From a virus: a DNA stretch of 20,676 nucleotides. Of this stretch, positions 5,912-15,442 are shown one piece after another; positions within the stretch are counted from its first letter, which is position 1, and each line of letters begins with the position of its first letter. Made by a program: the position numbers and the translations under genes. The notes below the pieces were generated by a model. That model ran no database searches. It had not been told where the DNA came from and saw only the letters and a program-made list of their open reading frames with translations. Where the stretch lies: UHGV virus genome UHGV-0171440; one strand, 5' to 3'.

Positions 5912-8041
5912 TTATTGTATTTTTGATTGTGCGTCTGTATCTGCGCTATCCTGTTGAGATAACCACGTGGTAAACCCAAGACGTGCAATTGTGCGCCTGT
6001 CACGTTCTGGAAGTGATTCAAAAAAACGCCTCCAGTGAGGAGAGCGCCTGATGCGAGATTCGGTAACATGGTCAGGCGCTTTGCCAAGCAGATTTTTAAC
6101 CGCACTCTGGAAAGCTGGTGAAGAAATTAACTTATCTGCGGCATCCGTCGCCCCTGCACCGCCTGCAATCTGGGCTTTACGTGCAACCATTGTGCCAATA
6201 TCATGGCCTGCAACAGCCCCCAGTGGCCCATAGAATGAACCAACCATAGTACCTGCTCTTTGTGCATATTTCGATACCAGTTGATAGGGAGTCGTGACCT
6301 TACTGAATCTGTCAGTAAACTCATTCAGCTTTCCGGTAGAAATTTCGTGTGATTTGGCATTTTTTATTGCTCTGGCGACTTTATAGGCATCGTACAAGCC
6401 GCGCATTGCCTCTCTCGGCAGATGTCTGGCTAGTAATTTAAGTTGCCCATGATGCTGCATGTTTTGCCACCAGTCAGCAAAACCAGACGGATTAAAGTCT
6501 GCCCCACGTTTCCCCAGTGAAAGCATATCCCTTAGCGCTGTTCCGATAAGTTCTGTTCTTAGAGTACGTGATGGCGTGTTTTGCATTATATCTAGGAATG
6601 TTTTTGAATTTCCTTTTGCCATAGACTGGAGAGCATTTGTTGTTTTGTAAGCAATATCTCCGTTCAGCGTTTTTCCACGGAGATTTATCATCTGACTCTC
6701 TATATTTTTTCGCATGGCGACAAGGCGCTGCGCCACCTCAAAATCCCGCGCGTATCCTGAATCAGAAAGGATGGCTTTCTGGTCTTCTGACAAAGAAGCG
6801 TACAACCTTGATAAGGCTGTTCTGTCTGCGTCTTTATACGGCCCTGACTTTTTATCCAGCGCATCTCCAACAAGCCTCCTCTGCTTGTTTAAATTTGCGT
6901 ACGTCAGGATACCCTCAGGCCCCGGATTTACTGCTTTAAAAACCTGCTTTTCAATTAATTCGAGATTCTCCCATCCCCCCAAATCATCGGCGATTTTCTC
7001 CAGCATAGCGCTTGTTTTAGGGGCTTCAACTTCTGCTCCCGGAATCATGGCGGAATCAACACGCTTATATAGCTGGTCGCTACGTTGTATTAGCGCTTCC
7101 ATCCGGTTATCTATATTAGAGATATACTTTTCATTCATTCCCAGCGCATCGGAAGCACCTGCAATATCATCAATTATCCTGCCGGCACTGGAAGCCAGTT
7201 CACTTATTGCTTTGTCCTCCTGAGTTTTAAGGGCGGATCCGGTCCGTGATTTTATTGCCTGCTCTACTGCCTGATACTGAGCATTCCCTGACAGGTGAGA
7301 AGGAAGAATTGACTCAACCCCCAGTCTTTTGGCGGCTTCGGCAATGTCTTTTTGTGGTTTTATATCCAGTTCCCTTACCGCCGTGGATAAATCTGGATTT
7401 TTTTGTGTCGACAACTCTCTTAGTTTCCTTTCCGTTGTATTGGCTCCATCAATACTGGCACTCCTTCCGGTTACTTTCCCCGCCACTTTTCGAATAGCTG
7501 GGCCAGCGAGTTCTGCCACGGGACCAGCCACAGCCCCAATAGCAGCACCGGAAGCAACATCGCTATTTGTTCCATTGGCTACAATAGCCCCTTCTCCAGC
7601 ACCAAGCCCTGCGGCGGCAGCCAGCCTTGCCGCCCCTTTCGGAACCTGAGAAATAATCCCACCACCACTAACAAATGGTGCTGCTTGTCCAACGAACTCA
7701 CCAACATCTTGTGCGGTTGATGGTTTTGCCGCTAACTTCTGCTGTAGAGACTGAATTGCGGCTTGCTCTTCTGGTGTCATATCCTGAAATAGACCAACAC
7801 CTTTACCAACATCCATCAATCCACTGAGAACGCCATACATAAAACGGTCGAAACCGTTAGCATTATTAACAACATTTTCCTGCCTGGAATTTTCCTCTGG
7901 TGAAACCAAAGGTGATTGCTGCTGCTCTGGTTGGGAATCAAGCACAAAACCATCAGGAAGCTGTGAACTATCAGGAAACTGTGAGTTATCAGGTTGTTCA
8001 TCGAGCACAAAACCTTCCGGTAAGATTACATTTGCTGCCAT
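5912..8041 (-). CDS. Ejection (internal virion) protein, gp16-like, 709 aa
   Basis: Third large gene after the gp7- and gp20-like genes; Gly/Ala-rich stretches; start overlaps the gp20-like stop. Assignment is mainly by position. Confidence 0.7.
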   Translation of the reverse strand: MAANVILPEGFVLDEQPDNSQFPDSSQLPDGFVLDSQPEQQQSPLVSPEENSRQENVVNNANGFDRFMYGVLSGLMDVGKGVGLFQDMTPEEQAAIQSLQQKLAAKPSTAQDVGEFVGQAAPFVSGGGIISQVPKGAARLAAAAGLGAGEGAIVANGTNSDVASGAAIGAVAGPVAELAGPAIRKVAGKVTGRSASIDGANTTERKLRELSTQKNPDLSTAVRELDIKPQKDIAEAAKRLGVESILPSHLSGNAQYQAVEQAIKSRTGSALKTQEDKAISELASSAGRIIDDIAGASDALGMNEKYISNIDNRMEALIQRSDQLYKRVDSAMIPGAEVEAPKTSAMLEKIADDLGGWENLELIEKQVFKAVNPGPEGILTYANLNKQRRLVGDALDKKSGPYKDADRTALSRLYASLSEDQKAILSDSGYARDFEVAQRLVAMRKNIESQMINLRGKTLNGDIAYKTTNALQSMAKGNSKTFLDIMQNTPSRTLRTELIGTALRDMLSLGKRGADFNPSGFADWWQNMQHHGQLKLLARHLPREAMRGLYDAYKVARAIKNAKSHEISTGKLNEFTDRFSKVTTPYQLVSKYAQRAGTMVGSFYGPLGAVAGHDIGTMVARKAQIAGGAGATDAADKLISSPAFQSAVKNLLGKAPDHVTESRIRRSPHWRRFFESLPERDRRTIARLGFTTWLSQQDSADTDAQSKIQ

Positions 8042-9369
8042 TTTCCGTTCCTGTAAATAATTTTCTGACCAGTTTTAGGGTTGGTTGCCGTTGCGCCTTC
8101 TGATATTCCTCCGGTTGCCGCTTTTGCCTGTCCAGTGCCAGCCTGTGATGTAGGCTGCCCGGAAACATCGTCAAATAGCTTCGCTTTCCTTCTTTCAAGG
8201 CTTTTTCTTAGCCCCTGAGGAATAGTTTCTCCATATGTATCGAGATATTCGTCAACCTGCTGGTTAAACTGCTGCCCCATAGCATTGGCGTTGATTTTTG
8301 CGGCGTTAACAATGTTATCCTTTGCCTCCTGCGACAGGCCGTTTCCAGCATTAAGCTGGTCTACGTATCCTTTGATTTGTCCCCATATGCCATCAGATCG
8401 CATTACCTGAACCTGTTCGCCTTCACGAACGACTGACTGCGGGTCAAGAGATTTCATGTAGTTGAAGATAATCCCAAGTTGGGCAGCGCCAGTATTTACC
8501 TTGCTAAGGGCTTGCAGAGAGTTTGCTGCCGCTCTGACAGAGTTATAATTTTTGCCAAAATTGGTAATGTCAGAATTTAATCCCTTAATTAAGTCTGCTG
8601 ACGGCTTACCTTTTTGCCCCAGCTCCATTAGCTTCAATCCCATCTCATCTGAGTGAATTTGTGCTCGCTGAGCCCTGTCTAGTTGAGCGTTCTGGATATT
8701 TGCCCATCCTCTCGCGTTCTCCATGTCAGCCTGACGCATACTTTCATCCAGTCGCCCTTGCTCAAGGTTTCGCCCTTCCATCTGGTCTTTGATATCAAAG
8801 TACTTCTCATGACCGAGAGAAAACATCGCCATATTGCCAGCGAACTGCTGGAAGCCCTGCGGGTCGTTAAAATGCATGTCAGCAATAATTTCTGGCGGAA
8901 CGCCGAGGCGGCGCATTTCCTTCTCATTGTCCATCATGAATCGACCAAATGCGCCAGCACCCAGCGATGAGGCCACCTGTGCTTTAAGCGCCAGATTGCC
9001 AAAATCATCTCTCTGAGCGTCATCGATATACCCCATTCCCTTTCTGACTTCCTCAAACTCATCAGGAAATTCAGTAACCAGATTACGCATCTTCTCTCTG
9101 TCGCCGGACGCATAAGCATCCGCATACCCTTTCTGGAATGCCGCCTTACGTTGTTTCTGCTGCTCCTGCTGATAAATATCAGCGACGCCAGCCAGACCAC
9201 GCAGCCCTGTCAGTGCCACATTGTTTGCACCTGAGCGCTCCAGTGCGTTATTTTCCCGGATGTAGCCCAGCGTGGTGTTTATATCGCTTGCCCTGGGCGC
9301 ATTCTCATTTTGCGTACCGATGCCAGCCAGAAAACCACCAGAATTAATACCCTGTTGCCACGTAGCCAT
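8026..9369 (-). CDS. 20: Ejection protein gp20-like, 447 aa
   Basis: Position between the gp7 and gp16 homologs and size close to P22 gp20. Confidence 0.75.
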   Translation of the reverse strand: MATWQQGINSGGFLAGIGTQNENAPRASDINTTLGYIRENNALERSGANNVALTGLRGLAGVADIYQQEQQKQRKAAFQKGYADAYASGDREKMRNLVTEFPDEFEEVRKGMGYIDDAQRDDFGNLALKAQVASSLGAGAFGRFMMDNEKEMRRLGVPPEIIADMHFNDPQGFQQFAGNMAMFSLGHEKYFDIKDQMEGRNLEQGRLDESMRQADMENARGWANIQNAQLDRAQRAQIHSDEMGLKLMELGQKGKPSADLIKGLNSDITNFGKNYNSVRAAANSLQALSKVNTGAAQLGIIFNYMKSLDPQSVVREGEQVQVMRSDGIWGQIKGYVDQLNAGNGLSQEAKDNIVNAAKINANAMGQQFNQQVDEYLDTYGETIPQGLRKSLERRKAKLFDDVSGQPTSQAGTGQAKAATGGISEGATATNPKTGQKIIYRNGKWQQM

Positions 9370-9379
9370 TGATTACTCC

Positions 9380-10069
9380 TTAAAACAGTGAACCAAGCAA
9401 GCCAAGCCCGCCACCAATCACAGCCCCAATGCCGGTACCAATGCCCGGAACAGCACTGCCAAGCCGTGCTCCAGCAATTGCTCCAGAGGCAGCCCCGCCT
9501 ATTGCAGATTGAAGGCCGGAAGGTCTATTAGCGTTTGCCGCCGCCAGTGCCGCGCTTTGCTGAGCAATCTGGCTCATGTTGTTGGCGTACGTCTGTCCGG
9601 CGTTTGCCTGCCCCTGAAGCGCGCCCAGACCAATACTTGCCAGGTTGTTGTAGTTGTTCATCTGGTCTGACAGCCAGGACTGACCCAGAGAAGGGGCAAT
9701 AAACGCCAGCTGATTGCCCGTGGCCGTTGAACCCAGGCCGCCATTAGCCTCTGCTGATGCCAGTGTCTGATACCGTGACTGGCTGGCTAAGTTTTTGAAC
9801 AGGTCTGAGCCGTAGTACTCATTGAGCGCCTTTTCCTGTCCTTCCAGGGTGCTCAGTCCCTCCAGCATGGGGATGTATTTTCCGGCAAGTGGAGTAAAGG
9901 GCTTCAGGTTGTTCATAACCATCTGCCACTGCTGATGCTGGAGGTCTGCGGTATACTTCTGCGCTTCTGCTGCATATTTTGCGCTTTTGTCCGCCTTGCC
10001 ACCTCCTCCTTCGGGGCACCAAGGTTCCTCGCCGCGCAGTTTCCTGCCCAGCTTAAATACATATAACAT
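9380..10069 (-). CDS. 7: Ejection protein gp7-like, 229 aa
   Basis: N-terminus MLYVFKLGRKLRGEEP... matches P22 gp7 as I recall it; same length as P22 gp7. Confidence 0.8.
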   Translation of the reverse strand: MLYVFKLGRKLRGEEPWCPEGGGGKADKSAKYAAEAQKYTADLQHQQWQMVMNNLKPFTPLAGKYIPMLEGLSTLEGQEKALNEYYGSDLFKNLASQSRYQTLASAEANGGLGSTATGNQLAFIAPSLGQSWLSDQMNNYNNLASIGLGALQGQANAGQTYANNMSQIAQQSAALAAANANRPSGLQSAIGGAASGAIAGARLGSAVPGIGTGIGAVIGGGLGLLGSLF

Positions 10070-10071
10070 GG

Positions 10072-10527
10072 CTATCTCCCGTGATTCAGGTAGTCGATTA
10101 GTTCTTCGCGTGTTGCGCTGTAAAACGTCACATCATCCACGCCTTTGAAGTATTTCCTGATGGTTCCGACACGTTTAAGGCCAACCATTGCGCAGTACAT
10201 CTGGCCGTGACGAAATTTGCGTGCAGCAAATGATGTGACACACTGGACGGAAGTGTGAGTGAGAATGAACCGCCAGAACGCCAGCCCGATTTCCTTGCTG
10301 AACCCGCGAATCTCCGGCAGGTACATGGCGTGACATTCAAAAGTCAGCGGCTGAACCTCCTGATAGTAAACAATGCCGCCAAACCGCCCGTGTACATTCA
10401 CTTCAAAATACCGACACTCCGGTTTGTAGTCGTACCCGTCACCATTGTTACTTCCGGCAATAATGTCCTTGTGGTTTCCGACGGCTTCTATCAGGTCGAT
10501 GTTTCGCGTTGGTTTGAATGTGATCAT
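10072..10527 (-). CDS. gp14-like virion assembly protein, 151 aa
   Basis: Position between the tail needle and gp7 as in P22; size similar to P22 gp14. Assignment by synteny only. Confidence 0.65.
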   Translation of the reverse strand: MITFKPTRNIDLIEAVGNHKDIIAGSNNGDGYDYKPECRYFEVNVHGRFGGIVYYQEVQPLTFECHAMYLPEIRGFSKEIGLAFWRFILTHTSVQCVTSFAARKFRHGQMYCAMVGLKRVGTIRKYFKGVDDVTFYSATREELIDYLNHGR

Positions 10528-11039
10528 CAGTCAATCAGTCCATGTAATCTGAGTACCGTTTCCAGCGCCAGAATACGCTGGCGCGCCTGCTGCAAACCTG
10601 TAGCGAGAGCCGCGACTTCGGATTGTGTGTGCGTAGTGCCGATCGTGTATGACTGATTGGCGTTGAATGAGCCAAGAAGAGGTGTACCTGTGGCTGCAGT
10701 CCATCCGGTCTGGCGGGGACCGATAACCTGAGTACCTCCGACCATATACACTCCGTCAGTATCAAGTGACGAGGCTATATGCTGCGTCCCTGCTTTGGTT
10801 TTTGAGACGCTATCCTTCTTCAGTTCTGCAATCTCATTGTCCTGTCGGTCATTATCAGCCTGCGCATCGTAGGTGGCGCTGGCAACAAACCGCAGAAAAT
10901 CAGAAGAGGTCTGAAAATTATCAGCCTGTGTCAGAACATGCAGACGGTAACTGGCAGTGAAGTTTTCCGGCAACATAGATGGTGTTAACTGATTGACCGA
11001 AAAAGGAGCATCCGTCAGTAATTTCTCATTAGCCATCAT
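10527..11039 (-). CDS. Tail needle (gp26-like), short form of 170 aa
   Basis: C-terminus ...GPRQTGWTAATGT...LRLHGLID matches the P22 gp26 C-terminus from memory; position after gp10. Confidence 0.7.
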   Translation of the reverse strand: MMANEKLLTDAPFSVNQLTPSMLPENFTASYRLHVLTQADNFQTSSDFLRFVASATYDAQADNDRQDNEIAELKKDSVSKTKAGTQHIASSLDTDGVYMVGGTQVIGPRQTGWTAATGTPLLGSFNANQSYTIGTTHTQSEVAALATGLQQARQRILALETVLRLHGLID

Positions 11040-12463
11040 TCAATCCTTACGGTACAACCTGAGACAGATAAAGGTGCCAGGGACACGAACCGGAGCTTAA
11101 AGCCAACGTTTCGTCTGACCCGGCCAATACGCGCCCACCTTATCCGTCTGTCATACTGATGCCTGCGGCTGTAGGGAACCATCACCTCCCGCCCGAAAGT
11201 GAGTCCGTCAAAAGTCGTGGAAAGGAAAAATCTTTCATCATCTCCGGTAAAGCCGGTGATGGCTTCCACCTCAAAATCGAACAGTCTTTTGTCAGGAACC
11301 TTTATCATGGGGGTGAATAACAGGTGCTCTGTCGGCGAGTCGTACTGCGATGAAATATCAAAACTTAACTCTCCCAGGACTGGCAGCTCCTTATCCCCTA
11401 CCGTGATGGCGCTTCCGTCATAGTGGAAATCAATCCCCCGATACACATCATCACCAACGCCACTTTTTAACAGGCACCATTGCGGCCCGTTCTGACTCGC
11501 GCTCATGTCATAGCACAGGGTGTGTCGCGGCAGATGCATTATCAGTAACTCGTGAGCGTCGAGACTTAAGGACTCAAGCGAGCTCGTTGCCAGCTCATCA
11601 GCCGTGTAACTCCTCAGTACCCTTTCAATCGTCGGAGTGGCAATTTTTTGCAACTGCCCCGCATCAACAAGATAAACAGACGGCAGGCCAGAAGCAGCGC
11701 TACTGATGAATGCATACGCCCCGGCGAACGGTGCTTTGCAGTGTGTCCCGGCAATACCTTTATTTACTGTCAGGGAGTTATTTGCCACATAGAGCGGCGA
11801 GGTGGCCCCCGTCGCCCCCGTAAGGGAAAAGTACTCAATACTTGATGAACCAAAGCAGACGATAAACCCCTTCCACTCTGCAACAGCCCTTATGCCATCA
11901 GGCTGAGAGTTTGCCCTGTAAAATGGCCGGAATCTGTCAGGGTGTGACTCATCTTCCAGGTCAGTAACCCCAAACAGGTCAGAGCCATCTTTAATCCACA
12001 CATACCGGGCTCCGGCACGACAGATATCCCTTACAGAGCCAATTTCATACTGGGCATATTCAACACCGTCCTCTTTCTCCGGCCAGTTCTCCAGCCACTT
12101 CACTGTGTCGTCATAGCGAAACAGAATCATTTCACCATTAGTGGCGACCGCCTGACTGGTGGCGCTACACGCCAGCGACACACGTCCGGCCCCCTGTGCA
12201 TAGCCGATGATTTTTTCCCCGCGATAGACACGGCCCCCTAGAACACGGTAGAGAATGTTCTCTCTGGTGTTGTAAATAACTCCTCTTGATTTTCCCTCAA
12301 CATCCGCGCGTTTCTTTATGCCCGGGAAAGAGCGCATGTATCCGGCTGCACTGGGGAGTTCTCTGGGAGTTGCCAGCATGTTGACCGGAATGGCATCAAT
12401 GTAATCAGCTTCGGCAAAGTCTTTCCCCGTTCCCTTAATCAGAGGTAATTGCTGAACCGGCAT
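11036..12463 (-). CDS. 10: Tail hub / head completion protein gp10-like, 475 aa
   Basis: Strong resemblance to P22 gp10 (e.g. FIVCFGSSSIEYFSLTGAT, ESHPDRFRPFYRANSQPDGI) and matching synteny. Confidence 0.85.
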   Translation of the reverse strand: MPVQQLPLIKGTGKDFAEADYIDAIPVNMLATPRELPSAAGYMRSFPGIKKRADVEGKSRGVIYNTRENILYRVLGGRVYRGEKIIGYAQGAGRVSLACSATSQAVATNGEMILFRYDDTVKWLENWPEKEDGVEYAQYEIGSVRDICRAGARYVWIKDGSDLFGVTDLEDESHPDRFRPFYRANSQPDGIRAVAEWKGFIVCFGSSSIEYFSLTGATGATSPLYVANNSLTVNKGIAGTHCKAPFAGAYAFISSAASGLPSVYLVDAGQLQKIATPTIERVLRSYTADELATSSLESLSLDAHELLIMHLPRHTLCYDMSASQNGPQWCLLKSGVGDDVYRGIDFHYDGSAITVGDKELPVLGELSFDISSQYDSPTEHLLFTPMIKVPDKRLFDFEVEAITGFTGDDERFFLSTTFDGLTFGREVMVPYSRRHQYDRRIRWARIGRVRRNVGFKLRFVSLAPLSVSGCTVRIE

Positions 12464-12964
12464 TTATTCGCTCCCGTTATCGCAAGGTTCCTTCCGGTGG
12501 AAGTAATTCCAACCGTTCCACTTCGCCAACTGGTTACCGCTACCAACAGGCATACGGTTTGGATAACCGGACTTACATTTAGCGGCTTTTGCTCTGTCCA
12601 TTGCAGACAGTTTGACGAGTCGCTCTTTCCCGTATCTGGCAGTGGTTATAAGTTTTGCAGGCGCTTCCAGCGCATAATCCGGTGCAATGCGGCAGGCAAG
12701 GTTGAAAATGACAGCATTGATAGCGTTATTTGATAAACCGTGCTCATCGCCCGGATCTGGAGCGACATCTGCATCAGCGAAAATGTAGCCAACGTTGATA
12801 CCAGGTGACACATCAACGCCAAGCCATTCAGCCATCATCATTTCAAGGTCATTGACGCCGTCTTCCATGGACTGCGGTTCGACATCAGTTAACGTGGCAT
12901 TTGATGCCACACCGAGCTTACGTAATGCCGCAAGAACTAAATCACCCTTCGTTGTCAGGTTCAT
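12464..12964 (-). CDS. 4: Head-to-tail adaptor gp4-like, 166 aa
   Basis: Start set at the internal ATG ([20 protein letters not shown]...), which matches the P22 gp4 N-terminus and size; AGGCGG Shine-Dalgarno upstream. Confidence 0.8.
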   Translation of the reverse strand: MNLTTKGDLVLAALRKLGVASNATLTDVEPQSMEDGVNDLEMMMAEWLGVDVSPGINVGYIFADADVAPDPGDEHGLSNNAINAVIFNLACRIAPDYALEAPAKLITTARYGKERLVKLSAMDRAKAAKCKSGYPNRMPVGSGNQLAKWNGWNYFHRKEPCDNGSE

Positions 12965-13178
12965 CTGCTGCCGCCTTAGGTTTTTGACCAGGCTTTTTAC
13001 GCTGTTTTTCTTCTGGCTCTGGCTCTGGATCTGCAACATCCTTCAAAAGGTCATCAGGATGTGAAAACCAACCAGCATCCAGATATTCCTGAAGCTCTTC
13101 GGCTTTCACGATTTCAAAGTCGTATCCAACGCCTTTCCACTTCTTCATGTCGCCATGACGAAAGATCATGTGTGTCAT
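12942..13178 (-). CDS. Small hypothetical protein (about 78 aa) between coat and gp4, with an acidic Pro/Glu-rich C-terminus
   Basis: ORF with GGAGA Shine-Dalgarno and an ATG just after the post-coat terminator; its end overlaps the gp4 start. Confidence 0.45.
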   Translation of the reverse strand: MTHMIFRHGDMKKWKGVGYDFEIVKAEELQEYLDAGWFSHPDDLLKDVADPEPEPEEKQRKKPGQKPKAAADEPDNEG

Positions 13179-13193
13179 GCTTGTCTCCACATA

Positions 13194-13214
13194 AAAAAGG
13201 GAGCCGAAGCTCCC
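13194..13214 (-). terminator. Intrinsic terminator after the coat gene
   Basis: On the minus strand: GGAGC-TTCG-GCTCC (UUCG tetraloop) followed by TTTTTT, right after the coat stop. Confidence 0.55.
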
Positions 13215-13222
13215 TCTGGTTA

Positions 13223-14518
13223 TCACGCAGTCTGGTTAGGCAGACCAACACCAATTGCCTCTGGTCGTACAGCACATGCTGAATACCACACAGCAATACG
13301 GCACTTACCAGACAGAGTGTTGATATCACCCTGCGTTGCGAAGATGCCGTTAACACCAATCCCTGGAATGCTGAAGGAAGACGTTTTCATACCAGCAAAC
13401 AGTTCATGGGTTACCGGAATCGGCTGAGACAGCAGGCGGATTGAGTCATCAGCCCAGAACACGTTAGCGGTGGTTGTTGCCACGTTCAGAACGTTTACCG
13501 GAGTGGCATCAGCAAGAGATGTGTTTACGTTAGCGTAAGCCTTCTCTTCTTTTGTCAGTGACGCGTCATCCAGTGCAATCGGTTTCGGCGTGATTTCGAT
13601 GTGAGTACCATCGATCACACGGGTGATTGAGAAAGTCGCATCATCAGTCAGCACATTCTTCGCCATCTGAGACAGGAATTTCACACCAGTGAAGCTGATT
13701 TTGTCGCCGCGCTTAAATCCGGTGGTGGAGGATACGGTCACCGTTGCAACACGGTTGTCGACGTTCTCTTTGTTACCATCGGTATCAAGGGTGTATGCCT
13801 GCGGCTTAAACTTCTGCGCACCAGAAACAGTTACACCAGTAGCGGTTGACTTGGTAACAGCCGGAAGTTTCGGTGAGCGAAGAATTTCATCAAAGCCAGC
13901 AATCTGACGCTGAATGGTACCGTTGCGATACGCTTCTTCAGGAACGCGCCCGAAGATGTCACCATCTACCAGGTTGCGGCCTGCTTTGCGGTAATCGTCA
14001 GGGTTCAGGAAGTAACTGATGCCCATATCACGGTTTAGCTCACGTGAGAACATCAGGCGCTCTGCATCAGACACAAAATCCCAGCCAGACAGGCCAGTAG
14101 ATGGACCAATTGCGTGGGTATCGTGAACAACAAGCGAGCCCATTTCAGTTGCCTGTTTGGCAATTGCTGACTCAATGTTATTCGCCAGTTTTTTGGCGGA
14201 TGCCTGGATGCGGCGACGGTAAGAACGCTCATCACGCAGGTCATCTGCACGAAGCTCGAAGAAATCGTTATCCGGATCGCCCATGTTGCATTTCACGGAG
14301 AGTTCCAGAATCCCGGTTGCGTTGCCAGTTAAATCCCAGCCAGTCTGGGTTGGCGCTTCCTGCTCAACAGGCATCCACACGGTGTTGCTTGAACGCTGCA
14401 TGGATTCTGCCGGAGGGGTGTATTTTGTCACTTTGGACGCCATTGGCGTCAGGTTCTGGACGGTTTCGATGATTTCATCCAGACCATACGTGACCAGTTG
14501 ACCTTCATTTAATGCCAT
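13223..14518 (-). CDS. 5: Major capsid (coat) protein, gp5-like, 431 aa
   Basis: Near-colinear resemblance to P22 coat protein (MALNEGQ...GVGLPNQTA). Confidence 0.95.
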   Translation of the reverse strand: MALNEGQLVTYGLDEIIETVQNLTPMASKVTKYTPPAESMQRSSNTVWMPVEQEAPTQTGWDLTGNATGILELSVKCNMGDPDNDFFELRADDLRDERSYRRRIQASAKKLANNIESAIAKQATEMGSLVVHDTHAIGPSTGLSGWDFVSDAERLMFSRELNRDMGISYFLNPDDYRKAGRNLVDGDIFGRVPEEAYRNGTIQRQIAGFDEILRSPKLPAVTKSTATGVTVSGAQKFKPQAYTLDTDGNKENVDNRVATVTVSSTTGFKRGDKISFTGVKFLSQMAKNVLTDDATFSITRVIDGTHIEITPKPIALDDASLTKEEKAYANVNTSLADATPVNVLNVATTTANVFWADDSIRLLSQPIPVTHELFAGMKTSSFSIPGIGVNGIFATQGDINTLSGKCRIAVWYSACAVRPEAIGVGLPNQTA

Positions 14519-15429
14519 TATCGAATTCCTTTATTCAGTTGCGCCTTGAGCTTGCGATACGTCTCTACATCCCCTTTGTTTGCTGCCGCTTCCATCTGCT
14601 TTTCAATCGCAGAGATATTTGCAGCAACAGCGTGTCCCTGAATGGGTTCATCAGGTAAAGGGGCTTCTGAAACAGGCTTGGCTCGAGGCTTGAGAGTTAA
14701 ACGTTCTGACAGTCGAGTGAGTTCAATCAGCGCGGATTGCCCGTCCATCGCCAGCAACTGGCGTGTTTTCTCAGGATTAGCACCAAGGTGATACATGAGA
14801 GCAGCGGATTTCCCCGGGAAGAGGCGCATGATGTCGGCACCGACTGCTGGCGGCACCAGTTGCATGAATGCATCCTCTTTCTCCTGATAGTCAGGGATAT
14901 TGAGCTTTTCCGCTGCGTCGTAGTGCTTACGGGCTGCCTCGACGTATTGCGCTGATTGCTGGGTGAACTCCTGAGTTTTTCGCCCCTGCTCGGCGACAGC
15001 CTGGCTTCGTGCGTCCATAGCCTTGATCTGCCATTCACTGTTTGCCTGCTGGAAGGCAGCCAGTGCGCGGCTCTGGTCATAGTCGTACTTAGCCAGTGCG
15101 TCTTCGGAAAGATAATCGTTAGGGTCTGGTTGTTTTGGTAACTCAGGGTTCACCCGCAGGTGCTCCGGCAACTCTCCACGCTTAACCGCTTCCATCTGCT
15201 GCTCAAGCTCACGCTGGCGTTTGCGTTCGATGCGGCGACGGGCAAATTCAGCATTAGTTGCCGGGTCTTGTTTTGGTTTCTCATCGTCTTTCAGGACAAT
15301 CTCGAAGCCTTCTTCCTGGCCTGCGTTGTCGTTGGCATTATCGACAACTAAGCCATCAGCAGATGCCGCTGCATGATTGCCGGGCAGGGTTAATTCTTCA
15401 GAAGCCTGAATGTCGGTGGTTTGTTCCAT
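14518..15429 (-). CDS. 8: Scaffolding protein, gp8-like, 303 aa
   Basis: Resembles P22 scaffold throughout; same length; stop overlaps the coat start (TAATG). Confidence 0.95.
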   Translation of the reverse strand: MEQTTDIQASEELTLPGNHAAASADGLVVDNANDNAGQEEGFEIVLKDDEKPKQDPATNAEFARRRIERKRQRELEQQMEAVKRGELPEHLRVNPELPKQPDPNDYLSEDALAKYDYDQSRALAAFQQANSEWQIKAMDARSQAVAEQGRKTQEFTQQSAQYVEAARKHYDAAEKLNIPDYQEKEDAFMQLVPPAVGADIMRLFPGKSAALMYHLGANPEKTRQLLAMDGQSALIELTRLSERLTLKPRAKPVSEAPLPDEPIQGHAVAANISAIEKQMEAAANKGDVETYRKLKAQLNKGIR

Positions 15430-15442
15430 TATTAACTCTCTC

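Noticed and set aside
6714-7649. Plus-strand ORFs of 169 and 106 aa inside the gp16-like gene
   Set aside because: Antisense shadow ORFs within a clear structural gene; Ser/Ala/Pro-rich translations typical of the reverse strand of Gly/Ala-rich coding sequence; no start signals.
14101-14501. Plus-strand ORFs antisense to the coat gene
   Set aside because: They lie inside the coat CDS, whose identity is certain; no ribosome-binding sites.
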